A DNA stretch of 64,000 bases, taken from assembly GCA_017453985.1 (NCBI GenBank), contig JAFTDT010000111.1, positions 7,679 to 71,678 of the forward strand, given 5' to 3'. The notes under the pieces are model-generated. The model was given only the letters and a program-made list of their open reading frames with translations. It had not been told where the DNA came from and ran no database searches. Shown one piece after another: positions 62,807 through 64,000 of the stretch. The stretch's first letter is position 1; each line of letters starts with the position of its first letter. The position numbers were made by a program, and so were the translations under genes. Source of the DNA: Clostridia bacterium. Lineage in GTDB: Bacteria; Bacillota; Clostridia; Oscillospirales; Butyricicoccaceae.

Positions 62807-64000
<1,194 letters not shown>

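Overview
All calls are made by eye from motifs and gene order, with no database search. This is a high-GC chromosomal segment that looks Gram-positive and Clostridia-like. That placement is an inference from an SLH-anchored wall protein, strong AGGAGG ribosome-binding sites (RBS) and the gene order.

Left third (1-22.2 kb), mostly housekeeping:
- M14-like and S9 peptidases.
- A complete F-type ATP synthase operon on the minus strand (atpB-E-F-A-G-D-C). It has no separate delta gene; a delta C-terminal-domain-like segment is fused to the N-terminus of alpha. The c subunit carries a signal-peptide-like extension, and an extra lower-GC gene trails the operon.
- An Lsa-family ABC-F gene with a promoter, leader and attenuator.
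- tRNA-Arg(ACG), an AI-2E transporter, a second ABC-F ATPase and nnrD.
- The rpmG-secE-nusG-rplK-rplA-rplJ-rplL cluster with an L10-leader-like element.

Middle (22-29.8 kb), miscellaneous genes: GAF/MsrC-like, HAD hydrolase, a frameshifted lipase, a nucleotidyltransferase, an orphan pduL, a MerR/GyrI-like regulator, glnA, and a glyoxalase I plus MBL hydrolase pair.

Plus-strand accessory locus (29.9-51.3 kb):
- A LytS-type histidine kinase with a REC-wHTH regulator, then an orphan REC and a DUF3592-like protein.
- A sigma-less partner-switching module (STAS, Cache-HAMP-PP2C phosphatase, RsbW-like kinase).
- An NHLP/NHLM-type bacteriocin exporter: a mini HlyD-like adaptor, a C39-peptidase ABC protein and a second ABC protein.
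- A 3110-aa Calx-beta/Big_2/SLH surface protein.
- A 66-aa double-glycine-leader peptide with an anionic, Cys-free core.

Right end (51.5-64 kb):
- tRNA-Trp followed by a visibly AT-rich islet with one membrane-anchored orphan gene.
- A minus-strand operon (52.4-60.0 kb) that combines NifH/NifD/NifK-like proteins with a FecBCD/Btu-type metal-chelate ABC importer (tandem-duplicated binding protein) and a flavodoxin, next to a divergent AraC regulator. I consider this the most interesting candidate system.
- An ABC exporter and a 5'-truncated enolase at the window edge.

No CRISPR array, IS element, integrase or rRNA was seen. Many long ORFs in the track are antisense shadows of real genes, typical of high-GC DNA.
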